Made by a program: the position numbers and the translations under genes | Notes under the pieces: model-generated | The model's database searches: none | Told to the model about the DNA's origin: nothing | What the model saw: the letters and a program-made list of their open reading frames with translations, nothing else | NCBI GenBank assembly: GCA_017417315.1 | Contig: JAFPZK010000053.1 | Span: 31,798-95,797, forward strand | Direction of reading: 5' to 3' | DNA from: Bacteroidales bacterium | Lineage (GTDB): Bacteria > Bacteroidota > Bacteroidia > Bacteroidales > UBA3824 | DNA length: 64,000 nucleotides | Shown: piece after piece, positions 1 to 12,632 of the stretch | Layout: each line of letters begins with the position of its first letter | How positions within the stretch are numbered: position 1 is the first letter of the stretch

Positions 1-1
1 A

Positions 2-2440
2 AACTTTACGGCAGGCGTAGCGTATTCGGAATATTATATGCACAATCCGACGATTAAAGCGCAGTTAGAGAGAATGTTGCAATCTTCCGTCGAATACAAT
101 TACACGTATAATCCGAAGAATTACCGTCCGCTGTCGAAAGTCGGATTCTTGAAAAACAAAAATTTGGAATTAATCCGTGATTTCAACTTTTATCTCTTGC
201 CGACAATGGTTTCTGTCAACGCTAACATAAACAGAAATTACTCGTCAGTGGAGTACAGAAACATTGACAATCAGGCGGTATTTTTAACGCCGTCTTATCG
301 GAAGGAGTTTATGTGGCAGCGTAATTACGAGGTGCGTTACAAGTTGACACAGAATTTAAAATTTTCGCTTTCGGCACATACCGAGGCGCAGGTTGACCCT
401 GACGGCAGGCTTGACAATACCGATTTAGAAGAAGTTAGCCGCAAACGCGACACGTTGTTTATGAAAATTTTTGACTGGGGCGAAAACACTTCATATACTC
501 AAAATATGAAATTCGACTGGCAGGTGCCGCTGTCAAAAATTCCGGGTTTGAGATGGACGTCCGCAAATGCCGTTTACAACGCCGATTACAAATGGGACAG
601 CGGCACAGACCCGCTTGAAGCCGAGACCGAAGACGGAGAAAAATACACGATTAACCGTGGTCATACGATAAACAATTTAGGCGTTTTGACCCTTAACGGC
701 AACCTTAATTTTGAACGTGTTTACAAAAATGTACCGTATTTTAAGACGGTTATGGGACGTTTCGGTAAGGACGGCAGGAAAAACGCTTCAAAAGAAAAAC
801 GCGAAGTGGTTTATCAGAAAGGCAATTTACGTTTTTTCAAAAACAAGGAGCGCAACATTGTTCACTCTCTCGGGACAACGGAGGTTGAGATTGAGGTTTT
901 GGATTCGGACGGTAAAAAAATTGACGGCGATATTCAGATTGTTGACAAAAATAAAGTGAAGTTTACAGCCTCGGACGATTATGCAAACTGCACCGTAAAA
1001 GTTGTCGGCAAAAAGCCCGTAAAAGATTCGCCGCTGTTGGTGGCTTCGGATTATGCTTTGATGTCTTTGTTTTCGATTCGTAACGCTTCGATTTCGTACA
1101 AAAATCAAAGGGCTAACACTACGACGGGATATTTGTCAGGCACGAAAATACTCGGAATGCAAAATTATGCGGGAGCGGTTGCGCCGGGTTTAGAGTACAT
1201 TATGGCTTTGAACGGCGATGAATTTCATTACCGCGCTTCTGAAAAATCGTGGCTTGTTAAGGACTCGACGTTAATGGACCCGATTTTGTATACAAGAGGC
1301 AACAACATAGGCGTAAGGTTGACGGTTGAGCCGATAAACACTTTCAGAATTGACGTTAATTTTGACCGCACGATGCTTTTCAATACGGAAGATTATTTTT
1401 ATTGGACGGGTGGTGAAACTTGGGAAACGACTTCAAAAGTAAAAACGGGAAATTACCGTACAACGTTCAATATGATAAAAACGGCGTTCAAGAAGGTTGG
1501 CGACGATTATTCTTTGGAAACTTACACCAAGTTTTTGGAATCGCGGCCGATAGTTGCAGACCGTCAGGCGGCTGAGCGTGCCTCGCGTACACCGCTTTAT
1601 ACTCCGGAAAAAAACGAAGACGGTATGCCGGACGGTTATTCTCTGACACATCAGGACGTTTTGTTACCGGCGTTTTTAGCGGCGTATTCGGGCATTAATC
1701 CCGAAAAGATTTCGCTGAATCCGTTCTTGAAAATGCCGCTTCCGAACTGGCGTGTTAATTACAAAGGTTTAGGCAATATTTCGTTTTTGAAAGATTACGT
1801 CAGGTCGGCATTATTGACACATTCATACATTTGTACGTATTCGGTTTCTAATTTTAAGAACAATGCGAACTATTCTTTTGAGCAGGAAGAAGAGTACGGA
1901 CAGAGTTTTGTCCGTTATGAGGTCAACGACTTGTTTATTCCACAGTACGAAATCGGTTCGGTAACCTTAGAAGAAAGGTTTGCACCGCTTTTCGGAATGG
2001 ACATTTCGTGGGTTAATATGTTGAGTACAAAATTTGAGTACCGCAGAACGAGGCTTATGACCTTATCGTTTGCAAATTCGCAGATAACGGAGGCTTACAA
2101 AAAAGAATGGGTGATAGGATTAGGATATAAATTTGCGCAGTTGCCGCTAAATATTCGCACGTCTTCGGGTTCAAAACGTTTGAAATCGGATTTGGATTTG
2201 CGGACGGATTTTGTCATCAACGACGACAAGACGATTTTGCGTGAAATAGAAGATATGTACAACGAGATTTCGGCTGGTCAGCGGAGTTATTCGATTAGGA
2301 CGACGGCAGATTATCAACTCTCGCAACGGCTGAAACTTCAACTCTACTATAATCACAATATTGCAAACCCGCTTATTTCAACGAGTTACAGGACTTCTAA
2401 CATAAAGTTCGGTTTCACGCTGACAATGGGGTTGGATTAA
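2..2440 (+). CDS. sprA: T9SS outer-membrane translocon SprA/Sov, C-terminal part (5' end outside window)
   Basis: Frame is open from base 2. Beta-barrel-like sequence with SprA-type motifs (QDVLLPAFLAAYSG, PLPNWRVNYKGL, FAPLFGMD). Adjacent to ruvA as in many Bacteroidota. Confidence 0.9.
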   Translation, partial: NFTAGVAYSEYYMHNPTIKAQLERMLQSSVEYNYTYNPKNYRPLSKVGFLKNKNLELIRDFNFYLLPTMVSVNANINRNYSSVEYRNIDNQAVFLTPSYRKEFMWQRNYEVRYKLTQNLKFSLSAHTEAQVDPDGRLDNTDLEEVSRKRDTLFMKIFDWGENTSYTQNMKFDWQVPLSKIPGLRWTSANAVYNADYKWDSGTDPLEAETEDGEKYTINRGHTINNLGVLTLNGNLNFERVYKNVPYFKTVMGRFGKDGRKNASKEKREVVYQKGNLRFFKNKERNIVHSLGTTEVEIEVLDSDGKKIDGDIQIVDKNKVKFTASDDYANCTVKVVGKKPVKDSPLLVASDYALMSLFSIRNASISYKNQRANTTTGYLSGTKILGMQNYAGAVAPGLEYIMALNGDEFHYRASEKSWLVKDSTLMDPILYTRGNNIGVRLTVEPINTFRIDVNFDRTMLFNTEDYFYWTGGETWETTSKVKTGNYRTTFNMIKTAFKKVGDDYSLETYTKFLESRPIVADRQAAERASRTPLYTPEKNEDGMPDGYSLTHQDVLLPAFLAAYSGINPEKISLNPFLKMPLPNWRVNYKGLGNISFLKDYVRSALLTHSYICTYSVSNFKNNANYSFEQEEEYGQSFVRYEVNDLFIPQYEIGSVTLEERFAPLFGMDISWVNMLSTKFEYRRTRLMTLSFANSQITEAYKKEWVIGLGYKFAQLPLNIRTSSGSKRLKSDLDLRTDFVINDDKTILREIEDMYNEISAGQRSYSIRTTADYQLSQRLKLQLYYNHNIANPLISTSYRTSNIKFGFTLTMGLD

Positions 2441-2445
2441 TATTT

Positions 2446-2483
2446 AATTTATAACCGAGGGTGTAAACCCTCGGTTATAAATT
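2446..2483. terminator. Hairpin terminator between convergent sprA and ruvA
   Basis: AATTTATAACCGAGGGT-GTAA-ACCCTCGGTTATAAATT perfect inverted repeat. Confidence 0.8.
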
Positions 2484-3081
2484 ATTTTACATTTCTCAGC
2501 GCGAATTTTATAATGTCTTCGGCTGACATTCCCGGATTTTGTTTTAACGCCATGTCTGCGCCTTTTTCGGCTTGTGTTTTCGGATAACCGAGCATAATGA
2601 GCGCTGAAACAGCTTCGTCTCTTTGTTCAGAATTTCCTATGGCTTGTATTCCTGATACTGAAATATCTGAAATGCCGATTTTTTGGATTTTGTCTTTTAA
2701 GTCTATGACAAGTCTTTGAGCGGTTTTTGCGCCGATACCTTTGACACGGGAAATCATTTTGGAGTCTTCTCTCGAAATCGCGCTTTGAAGTTCAGCAACC
2801 GACATCGACGAGAGTATGACACGTGCAGTATTAGGTCCTATTCCCGAAACGTCTAAAAGCATTTTGAAAACCTCTCTTTCGGTTTTGTCAAAAAAGCCGA
2901 AAAGCGTTTGAGAGTCTTCTCTTTGAATGTGGAATACAAAAAGTTTACATTCTTTTTTGCCTTCGATTTGCGAAAACGTCGAAAGCGATATGTTAATAAG
3001 CCAGCCGACACCGTCTTTTGTTTCGATAACGGCGTAAGACGGTGTCAAATCCGTCAAAAGTCCCGTAATGTATTCGTACAT
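2482..3081 (-). CDS. ruvA: Holliday junction branch migration protein RuvA
   Basis: MYEYITG start, REDSQTLFGF, HhH motifs VSGIGP and VKGIGAKTAQR, C-terminal ALIMLGY. Confidence 0.97.
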   Translation of the reverse strand: MYEYITGLLTDLTPSYAVIETKDGVGWLINISLSTFSQIEGKKECKLFVFHIQREDSQTLFGFFDKTEREVFKMLLDVSGIGPNTARVILSSMSVAELQSAISREDSKMISRVKGIGAKTAQRLVIDLKDKIQKIGISDISVSGIQAIGNSEQRDEAVSALIMLGYPKTQAEKGADMALKQNPGMSAEDIIKFALRNVK

Positions 3082-3130
3082 GATTTAAATTTTTATAATT
3101 CGTGTTACAAAAATATAAAAAGTACGACAT

Positions 3131-4190
3131 TTAAGCAAACAAATCGTCAAGTGTTATGAGGTTTTGAACCGAAAAGCGGTACATACCCTCACTTATCCCG
3201 TATGGCGTAACCATCACAAGATGAGGACTTTTGTTCTTTTTAGAAACGGAAACAAAAGTTGTACTTTTGTGCCGTAAATTTTCATCATCTTGTTTTGTGA
3301 TTTCGTATTTGCCGGCAGAAAACTTCATTTCGCAAAGATTTACAACGTTGTCTGCCCTTGCTTGAAATTCCTGGTTCTGAGACAAGTTCTTCGCGGGTCA
3401 TTCCGGCTTTTTTAGTTCCCAAAACCGAAACGATTTTCATGTACGGTTCTGAGTTTTTGAAAAGCGAATTATAAAGTTCATTGTATTCGTAACGGAGTTT
3501 GCCTTTTGGGTTAAAAAACAGATTGTCAATATTTTGCGCAACACTGTATTCCCTGTTTAAAAGCGACCAATAAAAAGGTATTCCGCCCATAACCATATAG
3601 CAGAGTAGTATTTCGTAACGGCTTATTGACAAGTGTCTGCTTTGAGAATAAAGTTCACATTCTCTGAGACTAAACGGAAGTAGGTGAATCCTGTAAGTTA
3701 CCCTGTTATGAAGTCCGCCGTGATTTTTGAAAACGTTGTTGATAATCCACGATGTTGCAGAGCCGCAGATAATCAGCAAAATATCTTTACGTGCCGAAGC
3801 ATATCCGTTCCAAAAATGTTCCAATGCGGACACAAAATTGGATTTCGGAGCGTCCATCCAAGGTAGTTCGTCAATAAAAACTACTTTTTTGCCTTCGCCT
3901 AAACCGTCTAAGAATTCAGACAGCAAGAAAAAAGCGTCAAACCAATCTTCCGGCACTCTGCATTTTTTTATTCCGCATTTCAGAAGTGAGTTTTTAAATT
4001 CCTGCAACTGGACTTTGGTTTTTTGGTTTGCGATGCCCGAATGTTGAAACGCAAATTTGTAAGCGAAAGTTTCCCTTATCAGAAATGTTTTTCCGATACG
4101 TCTTCTGCCTGTAACTGCCACAAATTCAGAATATTCGGATTTGTAAGCCTCTAACAGTTCCTTTTGTTCGTTTTTACGGCCTATTATCAT
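3131..4190 (-). pseudogene. AAA ATPase / PD-(D/E)XK-type 'ATP-binding protein' with internal deletion and frameshift
   Basis: Walker A GRRRIGKT and Walker B FIDE in 3285-4190. The C-terminal RADNVVNLCEMKF...ITLDDLF is in another frame (3131-~3360). Roughly 130 aa present in paralog 8482-9921 are missing at the junction. Confidence 0.85.
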
Positions 4191-4294
4191 ATTAAATTAT
4201 TTTATGCCGCAAATATAATAAAAAATCCGTTCAACGGTTTCCGTGAACAGTATTTTTTTTGTTTCTTGGAACGCTATAAACGGATTTTTCTTCT

Positions 4295-4915
4295 TTATAA
4301 TTGTCCGTTTTCTATTCTGACGATAATGTCTTCAATCATTTTATCTTCTTCGAGGGCGTCGTATTCGCTTTTTAAGTTGCTGCCGAAAAGCCGCGCAATT
4401 CCCTGAAAAATAAACGCACTGAAAGAGCCTTTCAATTCTTTCAAAACTTCATACGTCGTGCTGCCGGTTTCCCTGTCAACAAGTTTTATAAGGATTCGTC
4501 CCTGTGTTATTGAAAGTTTTACGAGTTGGTCTTCAAACTGTGCCCTTAAAAGTTTTTCCTGCGATTTAATGTATGCTTTTTGGTCTTCTTCGTTGTCGAT
4601 TTTTGAAAGCGAATCGGTAAGTTGTGCGTAAACACGTTTTATGATTTTTGCGTAGGGCCAAACTTTTTTGACGTTATATGCAAGTTTGTCGTATTTTTCG
4701 CGTTGTCGTTGCGTTAGGAAAACGTATGGCGGCATTATAACAACAGGGTTGTGTCTGACAATGAGAATCGTATCCGGCGGTTGCACGATTCCGGGTACAA
4801 TCTGCGCCCTTTTCAGCCTTGCAGTATCCTTCAATTCGTCGCCGTGAAGAATAATTTGGGCATTCAGGTTCAGTCCAGAAAAAAGGATTGATAATATCAG
4901 AAGTATTTGTTTCAT
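4295..4915 (-). CDS. DUF4294 family secreted protein
   Basis: Signal peptide; KKVWPYA, LSITQGRILIKLVDRETG and ARLFGSNLK motifs. Confidence 0.8.
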   Translation of the reverse strand: MKQILLILSILFSGLNLNAQIILHGDELKDTARLKRAQIVPGIVQPPDTILIVRHNPVVIMPPYVFLTQRQREKYDKLAYNVKKVWPYAKIIKRVYAQLTDSLSKIDNEEDQKAYIKSQEKLLRAQFEDQLVKLSITQGRILIKLVDRETGSTTYEVLKELKGSFSAFIFQGIARLFGSNLKSEYDALEEDKMIEDIIVRIENGQL

Positions 4916-5015
4916 AACAATAGCCTGCCTTTATAAAAATCGGCTACAAAATTAATAATTGAACGTGAAGTTTACAAATCTTTTTTTTAACTTTGCAGTC
5001 AAATCATTTTTTATT

Positions 5016-5936
5016 ATGAAAAAGATTATTCCTCAGGCTTTGAAACACGGCGACAAAATCGGTATCGTTGCACCTGCCGGTTATGTCAGCGCAGAGCAAA
5101 TAAAGTCTGCCGCAAAAAAAGTTGAAAAAGCGGGATTTGTGCCCGTTATAGCCGAAAATATTTTTTCTAAACACGGTTATCTGTCAGGAACTGATGAGGA
5201 AAGAGCCTTTCAGTTAAACTCTTTCTTTAAGCGTTCTGACATAAAAGCCGTCATAGCAGCAAGAGGCGGTTACGGCTGTTCAAGAATTTTGGATTTGATT
5301 GATTATGAAAGTATTATCCGAAATCCGAAAATCTTGGGCGGATATTCTGACATTACGGCTTTGGTTTTAGCGGTTTATAAAAAGACGGGACTTGTAACGT
5401 TTCATTCTTCGATGTTAATTCCCGAAGATACCGCTTACACGCGAAATTCCATGTGGGAAATTTTTCAAAACGGCAAAAAAGGCTTTTTGATTTGTCCGCA
5501 AAAAAATGATGAAACGGAAGTTTTACGTCACGGAAAAGCCTCAGGCATACTTTTAGGCGGAAATTTAACGCTTTTGGAAACCTTAATCGGTACAAAATAC
5601 GATTTTTCGCTTTATAACAAAATTCTTTTTATTGAGGAAATCAACGAGCCGCCGTACAAAGTAGACAGAATGTTAACACATTTGAAAAACGCTAAGGATT
5701 TTTCGGGGCTTAAAGGCTTGATTTTCGGAAAGATGAAAGGCTGTGAGGCTCAGGGCGAAAATTCTTTACCTTTGGATTATGTTGTAAATGATTTTTGTAA
5801 AAATCTGAAAATTCCCGTTATCAAGAATTTTTCTTTCGGACACGTTAACGACCGCTGTACTTTGCCAATCGGTGTTAAAGTCGAGATTGATACCGAGAAT
5901 TTTCAGATTAGACTTTTAGAAAACTGTGTGGAGTAG
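5016..5936 (+). CDS. LD-carboxypeptidase (peptidase S66)
   Basis: RGGYG, GYSDIT, GGNL, LFIEE and FGH motifs; TAACTTTG promoter element at ~4988. Confidence 0.92.
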   Translation: MKKIIPQALKHGDKIGIVAPAGYVSAEQIKSAAKKVEKAGFVPVIAENIFSKHGYLSGTDEERAFQLNSFFKRSDIKAVIAARGGYGCSRILDLIDYESIIRNPKILGGYSDITALVLAVYKKTGLVTFHSSMLIPEDTAYTRNSMWEIFQNGKKGFLICPQKNDETEVLRHGKASGILLGGNLTLLETLIGTKYDFSLYNKILFIEEINEPPYKVDRMLTHLKNAKDFSGLKGLIFGKMKGCEAQGENSLPLDYVVNDFCKNLKIPVIKNFSFGHVNDRCTLPIGVKVEIDTENFQIRLLENCVE

Positions 5937-5950
5937 GGGAGAAGGGGCAT

Positions 5951-7480
5951 TTATTTTGCCCATTCTGCGCCTTCCGCCGTCCTGCGCCATGCGAAATAAC
6001 TGTCAAGAACTTTCATTGCTTCGAGACTTGGCGTTTTTCCTTCAAAAGGTTTCGGACCGGTTAAATACATAACTTTTTGATTTTCTGTATTGAACTCTGG
6101 CCAAACGGGAAGGTCTTTGCCGTTAGGGTCGCCGGTTTTAGCAAAGTTTGTCCAATAATCGCCCATTGCTTTTGAAAGAGCAACGTCGCTATCGCCGGTG
6201 TGAACGTGTTGGAAAACAAAGTTTACGTCCTGACCGTGGTAAGAGCCTTCCGAATTTGCGGGCGGCTGGTCAAAATAGTAAAGATAAACCTTCGATTTGC
6301 CTTTTTGAGACTGTAACGAAGCCCAAGCCCATGTCTGCCAACCGAATGCAGCATCGCGCATCAAATCGCGGGCAGTTTTGTTGAGTTTGTTTTCGCCGCT
6401 TAACGGGTAGGCTTTAAGAAGCGTGTCGGCAAATTTTCCGTAACGTCTTTCAACGTTTGCGGGGTGAGTTTCGTAAGTGTCGCCCCAAGAAAAACTTGCG
6501 CCTTCGTCAGAATTGTAGCCGACAAGAATGTCAACGTCGTTGAAATCGCCTTTCTCGTAAAGCGTGTATTGATTGTCTTTTATCACGTAACCGTCAACGA
6601 TAGGCCATGCTCCGAATCCTGACATATCCCTGCCTGCAAATTGTTCGGCAGGCATTGCGCGGAGTTCTGCGAGGGTTTTTGCGCCGAGTTTTTCAGCGAT
6701 TTTTTCGCCGTCGCTTTCAGCCATTTTTAGGGTTTTCATGTTTTCGCCCGGATAAGTGGTTTCTCTGACCGGTCCGAATGAGCCGCCGCTCTGAGAAATC
6801 GCTCTTTTGAACAGACCTTTCGCAAGTGGTGAAGCACAAAGCATACTGACGGAAATTCCGCCGGCACTCTCGCCGAAAATCGTAACGTTGTCGGGGTCGC
6901 CGCCGAATTTTTCGATATTATTCTTCACCCACGTAAGACCGGTGATTTGGTCAAGAAGTCCGTAATTACCGCTGACGTGCTGAGGATTTTCTTTCGTTAA
7001 TTCTGGGTGCGACAAAAAGCCGAGATTGCCTACTCTGTACGCTATCGAAACCAATACAACGCCTTTTCTTGCTAACGGTTCGCCGTCATAACTTGCCTCT
7101 GCGGTTGAACCGAAAGAAAATCCGCCGCCGTAAATCCAAACCATTACGGGAAGTTTGTCATTCGGTGTCTTGGCCGTTGTCCAGACGTTAAGGTAAAGAC
7201 AATCTTCGCTGAAAGCCGCCGTGTTTTGACCACCTTGTATAGGTCCTTTGGCATATTCAAAAGTCTTTTTTACTCCCTCCCAAGGTGTGAGCGGTTGGGG
7301 TGCTTTCCATCTTAAATCTCCGACAGGCGGTGCGGCAAAGGGTATGCCTTTGAAAATTTTTAGGCTGTCTTTTTCAAGACCTTCTATTCTTCCGCCCTCT
7401 ACATCTACGACGTTGCTCACTTGTTTCTGACACGAAAAGCAAAGCAACGCCAAACAAAAAAGTAATACTGCTTTTTTCAT
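5951..7480 (-). CDS. Type B carboxylesterase lipoprotein
   Basis: Lipobox LCFSC; GIPFAAPPVGDLRW, SEDCLYLN, GESAG nucleophile. Confidence 0.93.
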   Translation of the reverse strand: MKKAVLLFCLALLCFSCQKQVSNVVDVEGGRIEGLEKDSLKIFKGIPFAAPPVGDLRWKAPQPLTPWEGVKKTFEYAKGPIQGGQNTAAFSEDCLYLNVWTTAKTPNDKLPVMVWIYGGGFSFGSTAEASYDGEPLARKGVVLVSIAYRVGNLGFLSHPELTKENPQHVSGNYGLLDQITGLTWVKNNIEKFGGDPDNVTIFGESAGGISVSMLCASPLAKGLFKRAISQSGGSFGPVRETTYPGENMKTLKMAESDGEKIAEKLGAKTLAELRAMPAEQFAGRDMSGFGAWPIVDGYVIKDNQYTLYEKGDFNDVDILVGYNSDEGASFSWGDTYETHPANVERRYGKFADTLLKAYPLSGENKLNKTARDLMRDAAFGWQTWAWASLQSQKGKSKVYLYYFDQPPANSEGSYHGQDVNFVFQHVHTGDSDVALSKAMGDYWTNFAKTGDPNGKDLPVWPEFNTENQKVMYLTGPKPFEGKTPSLEAMKVLDSYFAWRRTAEGAEWAK

Positions 7481-7586
7481 AAAATTTGGTGTTAGTAAAT
7501 ATGCGGTAAAGATATAAAATATTTTTTTTGGGCGGTTCATTTTTTTTTATTAAAATTGCACATCAAAATGTACGGAAAAAAGTAAG

Positions 7587-8414
7587 ATGAATATAAGTTT
7601 GTTTACACAGCATATTAAAGTTTTTGTTGCGGAGGTTTCGCCTGACATGAAGGAGGTCTGTGACAAATTGTGCGTAGTTTTGTTGAAGGCGGGAATTTCT
7701 GTCATAAGAGACAAAACTTTGATGAGCGAGGCTGATTGCAGCGTTCATATTTTGGGACAGGTTGATTTTTATAACGAAAATTCTCAAGGGTATTCTCTTG
7801 ATATGGGCGTTCAGTATAGAGAAGCAGCAAAATTAAGAAATTCGGGATTGAAAATGTTTATTTGGAATCCTGCTTCCCGGACAGAGGATTACGTCAACAA
7901 TATCCGTCGTGAAATTATCGAAAACACCGTTTATTCCACGAAACCTTCGCCGATAGTTTTTGTAGAGGAGTTGCGCGGCATTATGAGCGTTAAGACTTCC
8001 GCAAAGCAGGAAGTTTTAGAAAGGGACGTTTTCTTTATTTATAACGATTTGGACAAAGAGACGGCAAGCGGTATTTTAAATATGTTGCAGGACGTTCAGA
8101 CCGTGATTCCGCTCGGTATCGCCATGAACTCCGATACTGATTACACCGAATACATAAAAAATCAGTTACAAGGCTGTAAAATTGGAGTTGTTTATTTTGA
8201 CTATGCCGGTGATTGGGCTGTTTCTTTTGCGCGTCAGATTTGGAAGGATAACGGCGGACAGTCAGGCAAAACGCCGCTGTTTATTGTCGGAAATGCCGAC
8301 CATGCAAATGATGAGGTTTTAAGAGTTTTTGACGGTGTTATCGAAACCGCTATCCGTGAAATCAGCATTATTCCCCTCGATATAAAAGTATTTTTTGATA
8401 AACATGTGAAATAA
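7587..8414 (+). CDS. Hypothetical protein, possibly DUF4062/TIR-like flavodoxin-fold domains
   Basis: 275-aa ORF with alternating beta/alpha pattern (KVFVAE..., DVFFIYNDLD...). Family call is tentative. Confidence 0.55.
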   Translation: MNISLFTQHIKVFVAEVSPDMKEVCDKLCVVLLKAGISVIRDKTLMSEADCSVHILGQVDFYNENSQGYSLDMGVQYREAAKLRNSGLKMFIWNPASRTEDYVNNIRREIIENTVYSTKPSPIVFVEELRGIMSVKTSAKQEVLERDVFFIYNDLDKETASGILNMLQDVQTVIPLGIAMNSDTDYTEYIKNQLQGCKIGVVYFDYAGDWAVSFARQIWKDNGGQSGKTPLFIVGNADHANDEVLRVFDGVIETAIREISIIPLDIKVFFDKHVK

Positions 8415-8475
8415 AAAAATGCAAGAGTTCGGGCTATAAGTCGATTTTTTTTTGAGTTATAGCCCGAACTCTTGT
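8413..8475. repeat. 63-bp hairpin repeat, copy A
   Basis: 18-bp arms CAAGAGTTCGGGCTATAA / TTATAGCCCGAACTCTTG; 60/63 identical to 9972-10034. Confidence 0.92.
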
Positions 8476-8481
8476 ATTTTT

Positions 8482-9921
8482 TTAGTCCGAAAATAAGTCT
8501 TTAAGTGTTATAACATTTTGAAAAACCGAACTATATTGATTATTTTTTAATCCGTAGGTGGTAACAAGTACCGTATGAATCGTAAGACGGATAGAATTAA
8601 TCTTTTTGAAAACTTTTATCCGTCTTTCAATGTCCTCATAATCATTTTTGTCTGTCAAGTATTCATCGTCATAAAATTTCATTTCGCATATATTTATAAC
8701 CTTGTCTGCGCGGTCAATAATAAGGTCTATTTGAGCCTTTTCCGAAGCAGACGATGGCGAAATCCATGAATATAAGTTTGTTATAATTCCGGAAATACCC
8801 AAAGCCTTTTCTATTTGCGTTTGATGATTGAGGCATAATTGTTCAAACGCTAATCCTGCCCAAACACTATGTTTGTGTGTACCGTTTTGAAACTGCCAAA
8901 ACGACTTACCTTGCGGACTATTGTTTTTTAGAAATTTATAGTAAAAAAGTGTGAACGGGTCAGTAAGTTGATAAAGACTATTGCGTGTTTTGTTTCCGAA
9001 ACCGCGATAGCAACGGATAAAATCACAGTCTATAAGGTTTTGGAGAATTTCGCTGAAATGTCCGTTGTTTTCTAAACCTGAGGTTTTAAGAATTTCGTCG
9101 CGGGTAAGTCCTTTGTTTTTTGAGCTAAGGGCTTCAACGACTTTGATATAATTGGCGGAATTTTCAAATAGTGATGCGTATAGGGCATCAAATTCGCCGT
9201 CAAGACTACATTGCTGCTTGAAAAACATCTCGTCAATATTTTGGGCGAGACTTGCCCCTCGCCGCAAGTTTTTTAAGTAAAAAGGTATTCCGCCCATTAT
9301 CATATAACATTCGGCAATTTCTTTATCCTCCATTATGATACCACGGCTTTGAATATATTCCTTACATTCGGCAAGTGTGAACGGACGGATATATATTTTT
9401 TGCGTTACGCGGTTGTGAAGTCCGCCGTGGTTTTTAAGAATTTTGCGCGTTATCCATGATGTAGCCGAGCCACAGACAATCAGTACAATATCATTTTGTG
9501 TTACCGCCCAATCGTTCCAAAAGTGCTCTATGGCAGACACTAAATTGCTGTTAGTAGTGTCAATCCACGGTAATTCGTCTATAAAGATTATGCGTTTGCC
9601 GATAGTTTCAGTATTTTCGAGCAATGTGCGAAGTTTTTCAAACGCTTCATACCAAGTGCGCGGCTTCGTGTATCTTTGTTTGCCGCCATAGCGATTAAGA
9701 GATGCCGTAAAATTAGTAAGTTGCTCGGTTTTGCTTCTTTTTGCCAATCCAGTCAGTTTGAATGTAAAGTTGTCTCCGAAAAAAGAGTTTATAAGGAAAG
9801 TTTTTCCGACTCTTCGTCGTCCGTACACAACAACAAACTCGGCTTCATTGGATTCCATGATGCTTTTTAGGCGGTTGATTTCGTTTTTTCGTCCAACCAA
9901 AATATCCGTTTTCTCTTTCAT
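8482..9921 (-). CDS. AAA ATPase with C-terminal PD-(D/E)XK-like domain ('ATP-binding protein')
   Basis: GRRRVGKT, FIDELPW, CGSATSW, GGIPFYL; C-terminal QIDLIIDR...ICEMKF. Confidence 0.9.
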   Translation of the reverse strand: MKEKTDILVGRKNEINRLKSIMESNEAEFVVVYGRRRVGKTFLINSFFGDNFTFKLTGLAKRSKTEQLTNFTASLNRYGGKQRYTKPRTWYEAFEKLRTLLENTETIGKRIIFIDELPWIDTTNSNLVSAIEHFWNDWAVTQNDIVLIVCGSATSWITRKILKNHGGLHNRVTQKIYIRPFTLAECKEYIQSRGIIMEDKEIAECYMIMGGIPFYLKNLRRGASLAQNIDEMFFKQQCSLDGEFDALYASLFENSANYIKVVEALSSKNKGLTRDEILKTSGLENNGHFSEILQNLIDCDFIRCYRGFGNKTRNSLYQLTDPFTLFYYKFLKNNSPQGKSFWQFQNGTHKHSVWAGLAFEQLCLNHQTQIEKALGISGIITNLYSWISPSSASEKAQIDLIIDRADKVINICEMKFYDDEYLTDKNDYEDIERRIKVFKKINSIRLTIHTVLVTTYGLKNNQYSSVFQNVITLKDLFSD

Positions 9922-9971
9922 AGCGGTTAAGATTTAATTGGCAAAAATAATGTTTTTAACGATAAATTCCA

Positions 9972-10034
9972 AAAAAAATGCAAGAGTTCGGGCTATAAGT
10001 CGTTTTTTTTTGGAGTTATAGCCCTAACTCTTGT
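9972..10034. repeat. 63-bp hairpin repeat, copy B
   Basis: Direct repeat of 8413-8475 with 3 mismatches, upstream of the ATPase promoter. Confidence 0.92.
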
Positions 10035-10208
10035 TAATACCAATAAAAAAAACGCCGGCATAGAGAAAGGAATAATTGCCGGCGTTTCTTTCAATTTAAT
10101 TACTAATTAATTACTAAAACAATTTAACGTTAAGATCAAAAAAATTATACGGTTATTGAAAAATCTGTGCAAAGTAAGCAATTATTTTTCCCAATGTATA
10201 TTCTTTTT

Positions 10209-10294
10209 GTTTCAAATTCTTGTATTTTTGTTACAATAACACTTTTTTTACCAAAAAAACGCATTTTTGTTACCAAAATATAAGAATTTGAAAC
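10209..10294 (+). promoter_or_regulatory. Candidate regulator-binding sites upstream of the xylanase
   Basis: Inverted repeat GTTTCAAATTCTT/AAGAATTTGAAAC enclosing direct repeats ATTTTTGTTAC (10224, 10263). Confidence 0.45.
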
Positions 10295-10359
10295 TTTTTA
10301 ACCGCATTTTTTAGAATAAATCCTTTAATATTGCATTAGATTTTTAACTTAAATTTTAA

Positions 10360-12504
<2,145 letters not shown>

Positions 12505-12567
12505 AAACTTTTTGTAAAAAAATGCGCTAATTCATTTGCATATTTGATAACAAAACTCTATTTTTGC

Positions 12568-12601
12568 GGCTAAAAGGTGGTAGTACTACCACTTTTTAGC
12601 C
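12568..12601 (+). promoter_or_regulatory. 34-bp near-perfect palindrome directly downstream of the -7 promoter box of the Fic gene
   Basis: GGCTAAAAGGTGGTAGTACTACCACTTTTTAGCC following TATTTTTG at 12559-12566. Confidence 0.6.
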
Positions 12602-12632
12602 CATTTTTTTAAATAAAAAACATATAAAAAAT

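Noticed and set aside
3131-3385. Programmed frameshift joining the two ATPase ORFs
   Set aside because: Comparison with paralog 8482-9921 shows about 130 aa missing, so this is a deletion rather than recoding.
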